From the NCBI GenBank assembly GCA_021810905.1, contig JAJZQH010000014.1, positions 12,369 to 76,368 on the forward strand: DNA of 64,000 bases. Reading direction: 5' to 3'. The position numbers and the translations under genes were made by a program. This document shows, piece after piece, positions 38,786 to 48,437 of the stretch; position 1 is the stretch's first letter, and the number at the start of each line of letters is the position of its first letter. Under the pieces are notes generated by a model. It was not told the origin of the DNA. It saw nothing but the letters and a program-made list of their open reading frames with translations, and did no database searches. The DNA is from a bacterium. Lineage in GTDB: Bacteria; UBA10199; 2-02-FULL-44-16; JAAZCA01.

Positions 38786-39394
38786 ATGGCGCGAAAGGCG
38801 CGTGCATTTTCGATCATCATATTGCTCGTCAGCACTGCGGCTTTTGCGCGTACGGCTGATGAACCGCGCCGTGAGCTGGTTACATTCTTTGCCTCCGAAC
38901 GGATACTTGGAAGCTGGATCAAGTCATATTTCAACTCGATACCGGGCGGCGAGGCGAATTTCAACGAATGCGAGGCCTCGATAGGCGAGGCCCTTGCTTC
39001 GCGCGGGTACGCCGCTGCGGCAGTTTCGTTTTCCGAAGATCAGAGGGCGTCGGCAAGGCGCTACGGAACGGTGTTCAAGCGCTATAACGACGTGAGCATG
39101 ATGCCCAACGAAACTCTGGTGCGCGCATCATCCGTAGTCGACAACAGCGCATCTGTCGTGCTCGCGTGCAGGGCGGTCGTGGAGAAACCAGGCTGGAGAT
39201 CCGGCGGAGCCGGCGATGCGTGCGCGTCCGCGCGGTGCAAGGCGGTCGATACCGCTTCCCGGAGGCGCATAGCAACGGCATCCGGAGTCCGGTGTTCTCA
39301 ACCCGGCGAGGGCGAAGGCGGCCGAATCCGTGCCATCAGGCAGGCTTGCATCGACATGGTGACGCAGATCCAGGGAAGGCTTGCTGAAAGATGA
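38786..39394 (+). CDS. Exported hypothetical protein
   Basis: Signal peptide ..AAFA, GGAGG SD, several Cys. Confidence 0.65.
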   Translation: MARKARAFSIIILLVSTAAFARTADEPRRELVTFFASERILGSWIKSYFNSIPGGEANFNECEASIGEALASRGYAAAAVSFSEDQRASARRYGTVFKRYNDVSMMPNETLVRASSVVDNSASVVLACRAVVEKPGWRSGGAGDACASARCKAVDTASRRRIATASGVRCSQPGEGEGGRIRAIRQACIDMVTQIQGRLAER

Positions 39395-39407
39395 GAGGTC
39401 TCTTGAT

Positions 39408-39986
39408 ATGGAATTGACCGCGGCAAATATCCTAACCCTCTCGCGTCTGGTGCTGGCGCCGGTCTTTGTAGTCTTATTCGTGATCGGTCAATACGGCTGG
39501 GCGCTGGCGGTATTTATTTTCGCAGGCTTCACCGATCTCATAGACGGTACTGTTGCGCGCATGCTGAGGCAGCGCTCGCAGGGCGGCGCGCTGCTCGATC
39601 CAATCGCCGACAAGCTGCTGGTTCAGAGCTGCTTCATATCGCTTGCCTGGATCGGCGCGCTGCCCTGGTGGTTCGCCGCTCTCGCCCTTGCCCGCGACGT
39701 CATGATTGTAGGCGGGATATTCTACCTTGAACACGTGCGAGCGCCGCTCCCGTACAGGCCTGCGGTGATTTCGAAGTTCGCGACACTCTTCCAGATTGGT
39801 ACCGCCGTGCTGGGACTTGTGACGATCTGGAAGCCGGAGCTCATGATCTCGGGAGTGAGGGCAGATGAATTGCTCGTCTGGACGATCTACGCGACCGCGG
39901 CCCTGATAGTCGCCAGCGGCGCAAGATACGTATCCATGGGATTGCAGATACTCAGGCAGCATCGCCTTGGAAGCCGTAAATCGTAA
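39408..39986 (+). CDS. CDP-alcohol phosphatidyltransferase (PgsA-like)
   Basis: NILTLSR, TDLIDGTVAR..GALLDPIADK. Confidence 0.92.
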   Translation: MELTAANILTLSRLVLAPVFVVLFVIGQYGWALAVFIFAGFTDLIDGTVARMLRQRSQGGALLDPIADKLLVQSCFISLAWIGALPWWFAALALARDVMIVGGIFYLEHVRAPLPYRPAVISKFATLFQIGTAVLGLVTIWKPELMISGVRADELLVWTIYATAALIVASGARYVSMGLQILRQHRLGSRKS

Positions 39987-40046
39987 ATCGTTAAAGACCT
40001 CCAGTTCCTGGGCGGTGTTACGAACCACGATCCACGAAACACGAAC
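39975..40046. repeat. Degenerate heptamer repeat hairpin overlapping a stop codon
   Basis: cgtaaatcgtaaatcgtt-aaagacctccagttcctgggcggtg-ttacgaaccacgatccacgaaacacga; core resembles that at 20605. Confidence 0.65.
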
Positions 40047-40062
40047 CGCGTAGGGATATTTC

Positions 40063-41151
40063 ATGTCCAAAGAAAAAATAACGCTGGTGGTGAGCGATTT
40101 TCATATTGGCGGCGGGCCTGAGTTGTCCGACGGCACTGCCAACTATCTCGAGGATTTTTTTCAGGATGCGAAGTTCGTGGAGTTCCTGAATTATTATTCA
40201 TCCGGAGAAAACGCCAGGCGGGAAGTCGAACTCGTGATCAACGGCGATTTCTTCAACCACCTGCAGCTCTTTCCAGACGAAGAGCGACCCCAATTCATCA
40301 CTGAGGCCGTAGCCCTTCGGCGCACTGGCTTGATATTCTCCGGTCACGCCGATGTCTTCGACGGGCTCGCGCAATTCGCCGCTGCGCCTCATCATTCCAT
40401 AGTATTCATGATCGGCAACCACGACGTGGGCCTGTTATGGCAATCGGTTCGCCAGATGGTAGTTAACAGGCTGGGTCCCTCCGTGCGCGTGCATGAAACG
40501 CCGGCTTACATATCGGACGGCGTCTGGATCGAACACGGGAATCAGCAGGTGGCCGAGAACCGCATGGACTTCGCGCGGCCAATCATTGAGAACGACAGGG
40601 GCGAGTCCGTCTTGAACCTGCCGTGGGGCGACATCTTCGTGATCCGCTTCCTCAACCGCGTGAAGCGCGGCAGGCGATATATCGACAAGGTTTTTCCGTT
40701 CAGGATCTATCTCAGGTGGGCGCTGATTCACGATACGTGTTTTGCCATCAGGACCGCGTTTGCGGGGCTTTTCTATTTTCTGCAGGTGTTGCTGGGTATC
40801 GGCGGCAACGGCGACCTCGGCAGACGCGAGTTCCTCAAAATCGCAAAGGAATTTTCCTTCCCGGTAAAGATGGATCGCAGCGCAAAGCGCATCCTTGCGC
40901 TTCATCCGAATGTGCGCATCGTCGTCTTCGGCCACGGACACCGCGCGGCGGCGAGGGTCTTCGCGGGGGGCAAACAGTATTTCAACACTGGAATCTGGAA
41001 TGAGATGATAAGCCTGGACATCGGCACCATGGGAAGGACGCTCAAACTCACGTTCACGGAGATACTGCACGGCAGGGACCGGATCCCGCACGGCAGGCTT
41101 CGCGAGTGGAAGGGCGCATATAGGGAAGTGGAGGAAATAGGTCTGACATAA
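40063..41151 (+). CDS. Calcineurin-like metallophosphoesterase
   Basis: SDFHIG, INGDFF, GNHD, IEHG, FGHGH, NTG. Confidence 0.9.
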   Translation: MSKEKITLVVSDFHIGGGPELSDGTANYLEDFFQDAKFVEFLNYYSSGENARREVELVINGDFFNHLQLFPDEERPQFITEAVALRRTGLIFSGHADVFDGLAQFAAAPHHSIVFMIGNHDVGLLWQSVRQMVVNRLGPSVRVHETPAYISDGVWIEHGNQQVAENRMDFARPIIENDRGESVLNLPWGDIFVIRFLNRVKRGRRYIDKVFPFRIYLRWALIHDTCFAIRTAFAGLFYFLQVLLGIGGNGDLGRREFLKIAKEFSFPVKMDRSAKRILALHPNVRIVVFGHGHRAAARVFAGGKQYFNTGIWNEMISLDIGTMGRTLKLTFTEILHGRDRIPHGRLREWKGAYREVEEIGLT

Positions 41152-41162
41152 AGATTCCGACG

Positions 41163-41861
41163 ATGAAACAAATCCCAATGACCAAATCCCAATATCAAAA
41201 TGCGGTGATGGAATGGCAGGATCTCGGGCGCATGCCTTATCGCGAGGCGTGGTCGTTGCAGGAGAAGTTGCGCGCTGAGCGGAGTGAAGCGGTTATAACA
41301 GACAGGATGCTCATCGTGGAACATCCTCCGGTCATCACCATGGGCCGCAAGGAATGCATCGCGGACGTCGTCTCGACTGAGTCCACACTCTCAGCCGAGG
41401 GAATAGAACTCATCAAGTCGAACAGGGGCGGCCGCGCGACGTACCACGGCCCGGGACAGCTCGTCTCTTATTTTATCTGCGAACTCTCTTCATTCGGAAT
41501 GGGTGTAGCGGATTTTGTGTTTGCGCTGGAGGAGATGTGTATCCGCACGCTCGCGGATTTCGATATCTGCGCAACGCGAGATCCGGTGAACCCGGGACTC
41601 TGGGTTGGAACAGACAAAATCGTGGCCATAGGTCTGAACGTATCTCATGGCGTCACTCAGCACGGACTCGCGCTTAACGTGGACTGCGACCTCGCTGCAT
41701 ACCGACATATCATCGCATGCGGGATACATGGCAGGGGGATTACCTCGATCGAGCGGCTCACGGGCCAAAGACCGCAGCAGAGCGCAGTAGGACAGCGGCT
41801 GATCGCTCATGCCGGAGAGATATTGTCGAGGGAGATGAAGAGTGTGACGCCACTAGCCTGA
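41163..41861 (+). CDS. lipB: Lipoyl(octanoyl) transferase
   Basis: EHPPVITMG, RGGRATYHGPGQLV, KIVAIG, HGLALN. Confidence 0.95.
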   Translation: MKQIPMTKSQYQNAVMEWQDLGRMPYREAWSLQEKLRAERSEAVITDRMLIVEHPPVITMGRKECIADVVSTESTLSAEGIELIKSNRGGRATYHGPGQLVSYFICELSSFGMGVADFVFALEEMCIRTLADFDICATRDPVNPGLWVGTDKIVAIGLNVSHGVTQHGLALNVDCDLAAYRHIIACGIHGRGITSIERLTGQRPQQSAVGQRLIAHAGEILSREMKSVTPLA

Positions 41862-42074
41862 CGTGAACGTGAGCTGATCCGCGGTAGGAGTCGGAGGATC
41901 CTGAACAGACTCGTCTTTGAATTCCATGTACTCGCCTTTTGCCTCGTCGTCGGGCAACTTCTTGAGAAAGGCCTCATATTCCGCGGTATCAAGCCTGCCG
42001 AGGCGGAGATTCCGCTCGAGCAGCCTTGTGTCGTACATCAGTCCTTCGCCTGGCTTTTGTGCCTTCGTAGTCAT
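41853..42074 (-). CDS. Small hypothetical protein
   Basis: GAGGA SD; DTRLLERNLRLG..EYEAFLKKLPD. Confidence 0.7.
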   Translation of the reverse strand: MTTKAQKPGEGLMYDTRLLERNLRLGRLDTAEYEAFLKKLPDDEAKGEYMEFKDESVQDPPTPTADQLTFTSG

Positions 42075-42096
42075 AGGTTCTCTGTCCTCTCGTGTG

Positions 42097-42990
42097 TCAT
42101 TTTTTTGCCGGGGCCTTCTCGATATGCATTATTATCCGGCCGTCCTTGAAGATACGTACGTCGCCGGAGGACTGCGATATAACAAAGGCCACAGCCCGGG
42201 TCAAGCTTGTGATGCCCGCCGCAGCAATATGCCGGCTCCCTAGACCGCGCGGAAGCTGCGATTCATCGATAGCAGCGCCCAGGTAGCGTCCGGCAGCGAG
42301 CACGGTCCCGTCGTCGGCTATCACGAAGGCGCCGTCCATAGCGGCAAACTCGCGGATGGTCTCCTTGAGCGAGGTGGTGAGTATGTTTCGTTCATCCTCG
42401 TCGTAGCCCTTGAAGGGGTTCATGATCATCTGCTTGGAGAGCTGCATCACGTGTTCATGATCGCCCACGACGAAGATAGTACCTATAGACTTGCCCTCGC
42501 GGCCTGTATCCGCCAGCTCCACGGCCAGGTTCAGCACTGCCTGGAAGAGTTCCGGCTGAACCGCTTCAGATATCTTCGCAAGCCCCTTGTGCGCCACGAT
42601 CTCGGATTCCTTTGACGTGTCTACGATCTGTATCAGATCGAGCGATCCCGATTCGGTGGGGCCGACGGCGAAGACGATCTTTGCTCCAGGCTCTACGATC
42701 TCCTGCGAGAGTGCGAGGGTGGTTCCGATCTTTATCAACGAGATGCGCGTGAGCGCTATGCGAGGAATCTGGATTACGGCAGTTGCGCTCATTGCAAGCG
42801 AGTTCTTCTCCTCTTCACTGCCGTCCACGTGTTTTTTCTTCGTGAGCAGTATTATCTTTATGCCCTTTGGAATGCGTTCCTCGCATACGAGATCGTCCAG
42901 GGGATCCACATGCACAACAACGGCATCTGCGTCCGTCTTGGAGGCGATCGTAAAGGCTGTCTTGAGGAATAGTGCGTTTTCGCTGTTCAT
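42097..42990 (-). CDS. Diadenylate cyclase, DacZ-type (PK_C-like + DisA_N)
   Basis: GREGKSIGTIFVVGD, AMDGAFVI, GLGSRHIAAAGIT. Confidence 0.88.
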   Translation of the reverse strand: MNSENALFLKTAFTIASKTDADAVVVHVDPLDDLVCEERIPKGIKIILLTKKKHVDGSEEEKNSLAMSATAVIQIPRIALTRISLIKIGTTLALSQEIVEPGAKIVFAVGPTESGSLDLIQIVDTSKESEIVAHKGLAKISEAVQPELFQAVLNLAVELADTGREGKSIGTIFVVGDHEHVMQLSKQMIMNPFKGYDEDERNILTTSLKETIREFAAMDGAFVIADDGTVLAAGRYLGAAIDESQLPRGLGSRHIAAAGITSLTRAVAFVISQSSGDVRIFKDGRIIMHIEKAPAKK

Positions 42991-43112
42991 CCGTATTTCA
43001 AAATACCGGAAGGGCTTCGCCACTTCAAGGGGAATGATTGACCTTGCGGTATTGGTGCTGTAAAAAAGCGATCCGTGTTGAACAGCCGCCGCAATAACGC
43101 AGAGAGTGGGCT

Positions 43113-44939
43113 ATGCGAAAGACGATAATATTGAAAGCTCCCCGCGGCAAGCCGCGGGGAATCATCGGCAACATTTCCGATCACCCTCACCCTTCCCTCT
43201 CCCCTCAAGGGAGAGGGTGGCGGAAACCCCGCAGCAAGCTGCGGGGTTTCATCGGATTGGCAATCATCTTTATGCTGTCCTCCATCGGCGGGACGGCGCG
43301 GGCTGCGCTCAATCCGTCTTCGCCGTTCCAGGTCTTCTGGGACGACGCGCCGATGACGATTTCCGCTGGAACCCCATTCCATCTCAACGTCACGATCAGG
43401 GCGCCCGAGGGGTATTATCTGTATGCGGATGAGACTGACCTCGATTTTGTGAGCCTGGAAGGCCTGTTTGTAAAAGATATTCGATATCCGCGCCCCATTC
43501 AGTACACCGACCCTTATTTAGGCAAGACAGTTGGTATTTTCAAAGGCGATACGGTCATATCGATAGAAGGCATGGCGCCCGCGGGTCTCGAACCTGGCAG
43601 AAAGGAACTCACCGCTTTATTGCATTTCAGAGGGTGTTCTCCTTCGCTCTGTTACAGGCCGGAAGAGGATGAAATCGCCTTCATACTGGTCGTGGAGCCA
43701 GCGCCGCAGGTGGAGCGAGTCGAACCAAAGAATCCGGACGTGCATGCGCAGGAGGAGTCAACGCCAATGCCCAGGAGCCTGCCGGAGCAGCTGGGGCTCA
43801 AGCACCTGCTGCAGGTTCAGGATTTCTCGACTCTGCTGGGGCGCGGAACTCTCTTTGCGCTGCTCGTCGTCTTCCTTGCGGGAGTGCTGACTTCGCTCAC
43901 GCCGTGCGTCTGGCCCGTGATACCCGTGGTCCTCCTCTATGTAGGTGTGCACCCGCACAAGCGCTTTCTGGAAAACTTCCTCCTCTCGGCCGTGATGGTC
44001 CTGGGGATAGTGGTCACCTATGCCGCACTGGGCATCGGCGTTGCGGCCTTTGGAAAAAACCTGGGTTTCCTCTATCAGCAGCGGTGGTTTTTGGCGCTGG
44101 TCGTGCTCTTCTTCATTGCGATGAGCCTCTCGATGTTCGGGGCCTTTGACATCCGCATGCCGCGCCGCCTTCATGCGCGGCTCCATGCGCTCGGGGGCGA
44201 GGGATACTGGGGCGCCTTCCTGGCTGGCATGGGGCTGGGGCTCGTCGCCTCGCCTTGTTCGGGCCCGGTGCTCGCGGCGCTTTTGGGTTACGTGGCCCTG
44301 CAGGGTAGCTACCTCGTAGGTTTCGGCCTGCTCATAGTCTACGGCCTCGGGATGGGCCTGCTCATGATGCTGCTCGGCGCATGTTACGGAGAGCTTGCCG
44401 GCAAACTCAAAGGGGGCGCGTGGATGCTCTGGATAAGGCGCGCCCTTGGAATCGTATTGCTGTTCCCGGCGGCGTACTACATGGGCGTGCTCTTCAACTG
44501 GAACCCGCAGCACAAGGCCCCTGCGAACGCCGCGCGAATAGAGTGGGTGACCAGTGAAACCGACGCCCTGCGCGCTGCAGCCCAGACGGGTAAATCCGTC
44601 ATGATCGATTTTACGGCCGCGTGGTGTCCGCCGTGCGGAGCGCTCGAACGCAATTTCTTTTCGAGAAACGACGTCATCGGGTTGGGCTTCGAGCTCATCC
44701 CGCTCAGGGTGGACGCAACGTCCGAGACAAAGGACGTGCGGCAGCTCATCGCCAGATACCGCGTCGCAGGATGGCCGACCGTTCTCTTCGTGGGGCCGGA
44801 CGGAACCGTGTACGAGGACCTGAGGGTGAGCGATTACGACCCTCCGGCAATCGAGCGCAACATGCGCGAAGCGATAAAGAGGGCCCATGCTTCTGACATG
44901 CCCGGAATACGCTCCGAACGAGCGACGGAGAAGCGATGA
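43113..44939 (+). CDS. dsbD: Thiol:disulfide interchange protein DsbD
   Basis: GCSPSLCY alpha domain, TPCVWP and SPCSGP TM domain, DFTAAWCPPC thioredoxin domain. Confidence 0.93.
   Translation: MRKTIILKAPRGKPRGIIGNISDHPHPSLSPQGRGWRKPRSKLRGFIGLAIIFMLSSIGGTARAALNPSSPFQVFWDDAPMTISAGTPFHLNVTIRAPEGYYLYADETDLDFVSLEGLFVKDIRYPRPIQYTDPYLGKTVGIFKGDTVISIEGMAPAGLEPGRKELTALLHFRGCSPSLCYRPEEDEIAFILVVEPAPQVERVEPKNPDVHAQEESTPMPRSLPEQLGLKHLLQVQDFSTLLGRGTLFALLVVFLAGVLTSLTPCVWPVIPVVLLYVGVHPHKRFLENFLLSAVMVLGIVVTYAALGIGVAAFGKNLGFLYQQRWFLALVVLFFIAMSLSMFGAFDIRMPRRLHARLHALGGEGYWGAFLAGMGLGLVASPCSGPVLAALLGYVALQGSYLVGFGLLIVYGLGMGLLMMLLGACYGELAGKLKGGAWMLWIRRALGIVLLFPAAYYMGVLFNWNPQHKAPANAARIEWVTSETDALRAAAQTGKSVMIDFTAAWCPPCGALERNFFSRNDVIGLGFELIPLRVDATSETKDVRQLIARYRVAGWPTVLFVGPDGTVYEDLRVSDYDPPAIERNMREAIKRAHASDMPGIRSERATEKR
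43134..43250. repeat. Composite of three palindromes in the dsbD 5' coding region
   Basis: CCCCGCGGCAAGCCGCGGGG, the 47-bp REP-like unit, GAAACCCCGCAGCAAGCTGCGGGGTTTC. Confidence 0.8.
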
Positions 44940-46858
44940 GAAAACGCCTAAGCAGGTACGAACGCAGGATCGCCGCGTCATTCTCCGCGTCGCTCCTGTC
45001 TTTGCCGGACGACAGTCCGGAGCTCGCTCCCCTGATGGATCGCATCGAAGACCTTCTGAAGCATTTTACAAAGGACATGCGCCTCGCGTGGAGCCTCTGT
45101 CTGTGGGCGCTGGAATTTCTAGCGATCTTCTACTACGCCTCATTCAAACCGATGTCGCGGATGTCTCCCGAGCTCCGCCTCCGTTATGTAAGCGCCTGGC
45201 ATAACACATGGTGGTCGGTGAAGCGCACGATCAAGCGCTTCCTCGAGGCCGTGGTCTTCATGAACTATTATTCTCTGCCGGAAGTGGAGCGCCGCGTTGG
45301 ATATACGCCGCGTTACTCGCCCGCTCGCGGCGGCCGGGATTTCCCGACGTCCAATCTCGTGAGGGATATTCCCGCGGGAGACGTAAACTTCGATGCGGAC
45401 GTCTGCGTCGTTGGCTCCGGCGCCGGCGGCGCGTTTATCGCCATGGAACTGGCGAAGGCCGGCAGGAAGGTCGTTATAATCGAGGAGGGCGGTTTCTTCG
45501 ACGTGAACGATTTCGGCTACGACGCGGTGACGATGACGAAGAAGCTCTACCGCGCCGGAGGGCTCACCAACACCTTTGGGTGGCCGCCTATACTCGTGCC
45601 TCTGGGACGCTGCGCCGGAGGCACAACCGTAATCAATTCCGGCACGTGTTTTCGGGCGTCGCCCAAGATTTTCGAGTGGTGGGCGGACCGTTTCGGACTT
45701 ACGGGCTGGTCTAACGACGTCATGCTGTCTTTCTACGAACGCGCGGAACGGATACTCGAGGTGGAGCCTGCTAGAAACGAAGTTCAGGGCCGTTCCGCAG
45801 AAATTTTTGCGCGCGGCGCCTCGAAGCTTGGCATTGAAGTGAAGCCTCTGTTGCGCAACGCCCCGGGCTGCTGCGGCAGCGGCGTTTGCTGCTGGGGCTG
45901 TCCAACCAACGCAAAGAAATCCATGCAGCTCAATGCCCTACCGCTGGCGCTACAGTCAGGGGCCGTGCTCTATACGAAGTGCCGGGCCGAACGAATTGTC
46001 TTTGAAGGCAGCAAGGTGTCTGAAGTTCATGCGCGTTTTATCGACCCGGTCGCGCGCAGGAGAGGCGGGAAGTTGACGGTGAAGGCGAAGGTGGTTGTGG
46101 CGGCGTGCGGATCGCTGCATACTCCGGTGTTGCTGGACCGATCCGGGATTCCGGATTCGTCGAGGCAGTGCGGCAGAAACCTCACGCTGCATCCCGCATC
46201 AAAGGTGACGGCGCTATTCGATGAAAATATCCGCGGCTGGTATGGCATTCCTCAGGGCTGTTACGCGGACGCGCTTGTCGAGGAAGGAATAAAGCTGGAG
46301 GGGATATTCCTGCCGCCTGCCTACACGGCTCCTACGATACTTCTCATGGGCGAAGAACATCGAGAGGCCATGATGCGCTACAATAACATGGCCACGTTCG
46401 GGCTCATGGTCTCGGACACGACCCGCGGCAGGGTCGTGCGCGGGATCAATGGACATTCGATCTCACTTTACACGATCAACCGCGAGGATCTGCCGAAGTA
46501 TCAACGCGGAATCACGCTGCTCACAGAGGCTTTTTTTGAGGCGGGCGCACAAAAGGTCTTCCCGGGCATCTGTACGCTGCCTGTCGTGACGAAAGAGCAG
46601 GGCGCCGCTGCAATCGCAAAACTCAGGCTCAGGAACAAGGATCTGGACCTTCAGGCCTTCCATCCCCTGGGCACATGCCGCATGGGCGCAGATCCGCGCG
46701 AGGCGGTGGTCGACCCAAACGGCCGAGTCTACGGGATCGATAATCTCTTCGTTGCGGACGGCTCCATATTCCCCACTGCGCTCGGCGTGAATCCGCAGAT
46801 GACGATCATGGCGGCGGCCCTCAAGATAGCAGAGGGAATCCATCGAGATGTCCTGTAG
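44936..46858 (+). CDS. GMC family oxidoreductase
   Basis: VGSGAGG, GGTTVINSG, CxGxGxCxxGCP, HPLGTCRMG, GVNPQMTI. Confidence 0.92.
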   Translation: MRKRLSRYERRIAASFSASLLSLPDDSPELAPLMDRIEDLLKHFTKDMRLAWSLCLWALEFLAIFYYASFKPMSRMSPELRLRYVSAWHNTWWSVKRTIKRFLEAVVFMNYYSLPEVERRVGYTPRYSPARGGRDFPTSNLVRDIPAGDVNFDADVCVVGSGAGGAFIAMELAKAGRKVVIIEEGGFFDVNDFGYDAVTMTKKLYRAGGLTNTFGWPPILVPLGRCAGGTTVINSGTCFRASPKIFEWWADRFGLTGWSNDVMLSFYERAERILEVEPARNEVQGRSAEIFARGASKLGIEVKPLLRNAPGCCGSGVCCWGCPTNAKKSMQLNALPLALQSGAVLYTKCRAERIVFEGSKVSEVHARFIDPVARRRGGKLTVKAKVVVAACGSLHTPVLLDRSGIPDSSRQCGRNLTLHPASKVTALFDENIRGWYGIPQGCYADALVEEGIKLEGIFLPPAYTAPTILLMGEEHREAMMRYNNMATFGLMVSDTTRGRVVRGINGHSISLYTINREDLPKYQRGITLLTEAFFEAGAQKVFPGICTLPVVTKEQGAAAIAKLRLRNKDLDLQAFHPLGTCRMGADPREAVVDPNGRVYGIDNLFVADGSIFPTALGVNPQMTIMAAALKIAEGIHRDVL

Positions 46859-46919
46859 CACGCCTGCAGAATCAATTTTCGTTACAGCGCTTGACGGGTA
46901 CGCGGAGAGCGTGTATCGG

Positions 46920-46945
46920 GTTATATCGTCATATGACGATATAAC
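46920..46945. promoter_or_regulatory. Probable ArsR operator
   Basis: Perfect 26-bp palindrome GTTATATCGTCATATGACGATATAAC just upstream of arsR. Confidence 0.75.
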
Positions 46946-46971
46946 GATAAATGATTTTGGCGTGAGGACGT

Positions 46972-47349
46972 ATGGACGAACTCCAGCGTATGTTCAGGGC
47001 GCTTGCCGATTCGACAAGACTGCGGATAGTCAGGATGCTCGTGATTAAGCCTCTTTGCGTCTGCGAGGTTATGTCCGTGCTTCGCATGGCGCAATCCACT
47101 ACGTCGAAGCACCTGCGTATTCTTCATGATTCGGGGCTCGTCGAAGAGACGCCCGGCGGCACCTGGACAATCTATCGTCTCGTGAAACCGGAGCTCGGAT
47201 CGGCGGCGGAGTATCTTCTTGATCTCATCAAGAAGGCAGAGGTGACGGAGCAATCGAAACGGGACGAGGAACAGGCGAGAGGGGCGGACCGCGAACGAAT
47301 CTGCCGGTTGCGCGCAAAGAAGACAATCAAACGGCAACGGCGGAGGTGA
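46972..47349 (+). CDS. arsR: ArsR/SmtB repressor
   Basis: FRALADSTRLRI, LCVCE metal box, SKHLRIL. Confidence 0.92.
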   Translation: MDELQRMFRALADSTRLRIVRMLVIKPLCVCEVMSVLRMAQSTTSKHLRILHDSGLVEETPGGTWTIYRLVKPELGSAAEYLLDLIKKAEVTEQSKRDEEQARGADRERICRLRAKKTIKRQRRR

Positions 47350-47352
47350 GCT

Positions 47353-48423
47353 ATGGCCGAGAGCGGCGTCAAAAAACGTCTCAATGTATTCGAACGTTAC
47401 CTCACGCTTTGGGTGGCGGCTTGCATGGTGATTGGTGTGGCGATCGGCCGATATTTGCCGGTGGCTACCGATGCGCTGCGGAGATTCGAATTCGGGACGC
47501 AGAGTCACATCAACGTCGTTATCGCTGTCCTCATCTGGCTCATGATTTATCCCATGATGCTCAAGGTCGACTTCGGGTCGATCCTGAACGTCGGGCGTCA
47601 GCCGAGGGGGCTTGCCATCACGCTCTTCGTCAACTGGCTCGTCAAACCCTTCAGCATGGCCTTCTTCGGCTGGCTCTTCTTCCGACATGTCTTCACGCCG
47701 TGGATCGGCCCCGAGATGGCCGACCAGTATATAGCCGGCGTCATCATTCTCGCTGCGGCGCCTTGCACCGCCATGGTATTTGTCTGGAGCTATCTCACCG
47801 ACGGCGACCCGGCTTACACGCTCGTGCAGGTGACGATCAACGATCTTATCATGCTCGTCCTTTTCGCTCCGATCGTGAAGTTCCTCGTCACCGGCGCTTC
47901 GACGCTCGAGGTCCCGTTTGTCGTGCTTGTCTGGGCCGTGGTCTTGTTCATCGTAATTCCACTGACGGCGGGAACCGTCACGCGCGCAATCCTCCTCAAA
48001 GCGAAGAACGCAATTTGGTTCGAGGAGAAGTTCCTCCCGGTCCTCCATCCTGTTTCGATCCTGGCCTTGCTTCTTACGCTCGTCATCATCTTCGCCTTCC
48101 AGTCGGACAACATCACGCAGCGATTCTTTCACGTCATCCTGATCGCGGTCCCGATCCTCATCCAAGTCTACTTCAACTCAACCCTTGTCTATACGCTCAT
48201 GCAGAAGTTCCGTGTCCGATTCTCCATTGCGGCGCCGGGCGCGCTCATCGGGGCATCGAACTTCTTTGAGCTGGCGGTAGCCACAGCCATCGCGCTCTAT
48301 GGCCCGGGTTCTGGTGCTGCGCTGGCTACGGTGGTCGGCGTGCTCGTTGAAGTGCCGGTGATGCTCTCAGTCGTCGGGATCTGCAACCGTACGCGCGGCT
48401 GGTTCGCAAACGCCACACGCTAG
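47353..48423 (+). CDS. acr3: ACR3 arsenite efflux transporter
   Basis: FERYLTLWV, APCTAMVFVWS, ASNFFELAVA, VEVPVML. Confidence 0.96.
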   Translation: MAESGVKKRLNVFERYLTLWVAACMVIGVAIGRYLPVATDALRRFEFGTQSHINVVIAVLIWLMIYPMMLKVDFGSILNVGRQPRGLAITLFVNWLVKPFSMAFFGWLFFRHVFTPWIGPEMADQYIAGVIILAAAPCTAMVFVWSYLTDGDPAYTLVQVTINDLIMLVLFAPIVKFLVTGASTLEVPFVVLVWAVVLFIVIPLTAGTVTRAILLKAKNAIWFEEKFLPVLHPVSILALLLTLVIIFAFQSDNITQRFFHVILIAVPILIQVYFNSTLVYTLMQKFRVRFSIAAPGALIGASNFFELAVATAIALYGPGSGAALATVVGVLVEVPVMLSVVGICNRTRGWFANATR

Positions 48424-48437
48424 AAAAGGAGGAATTC

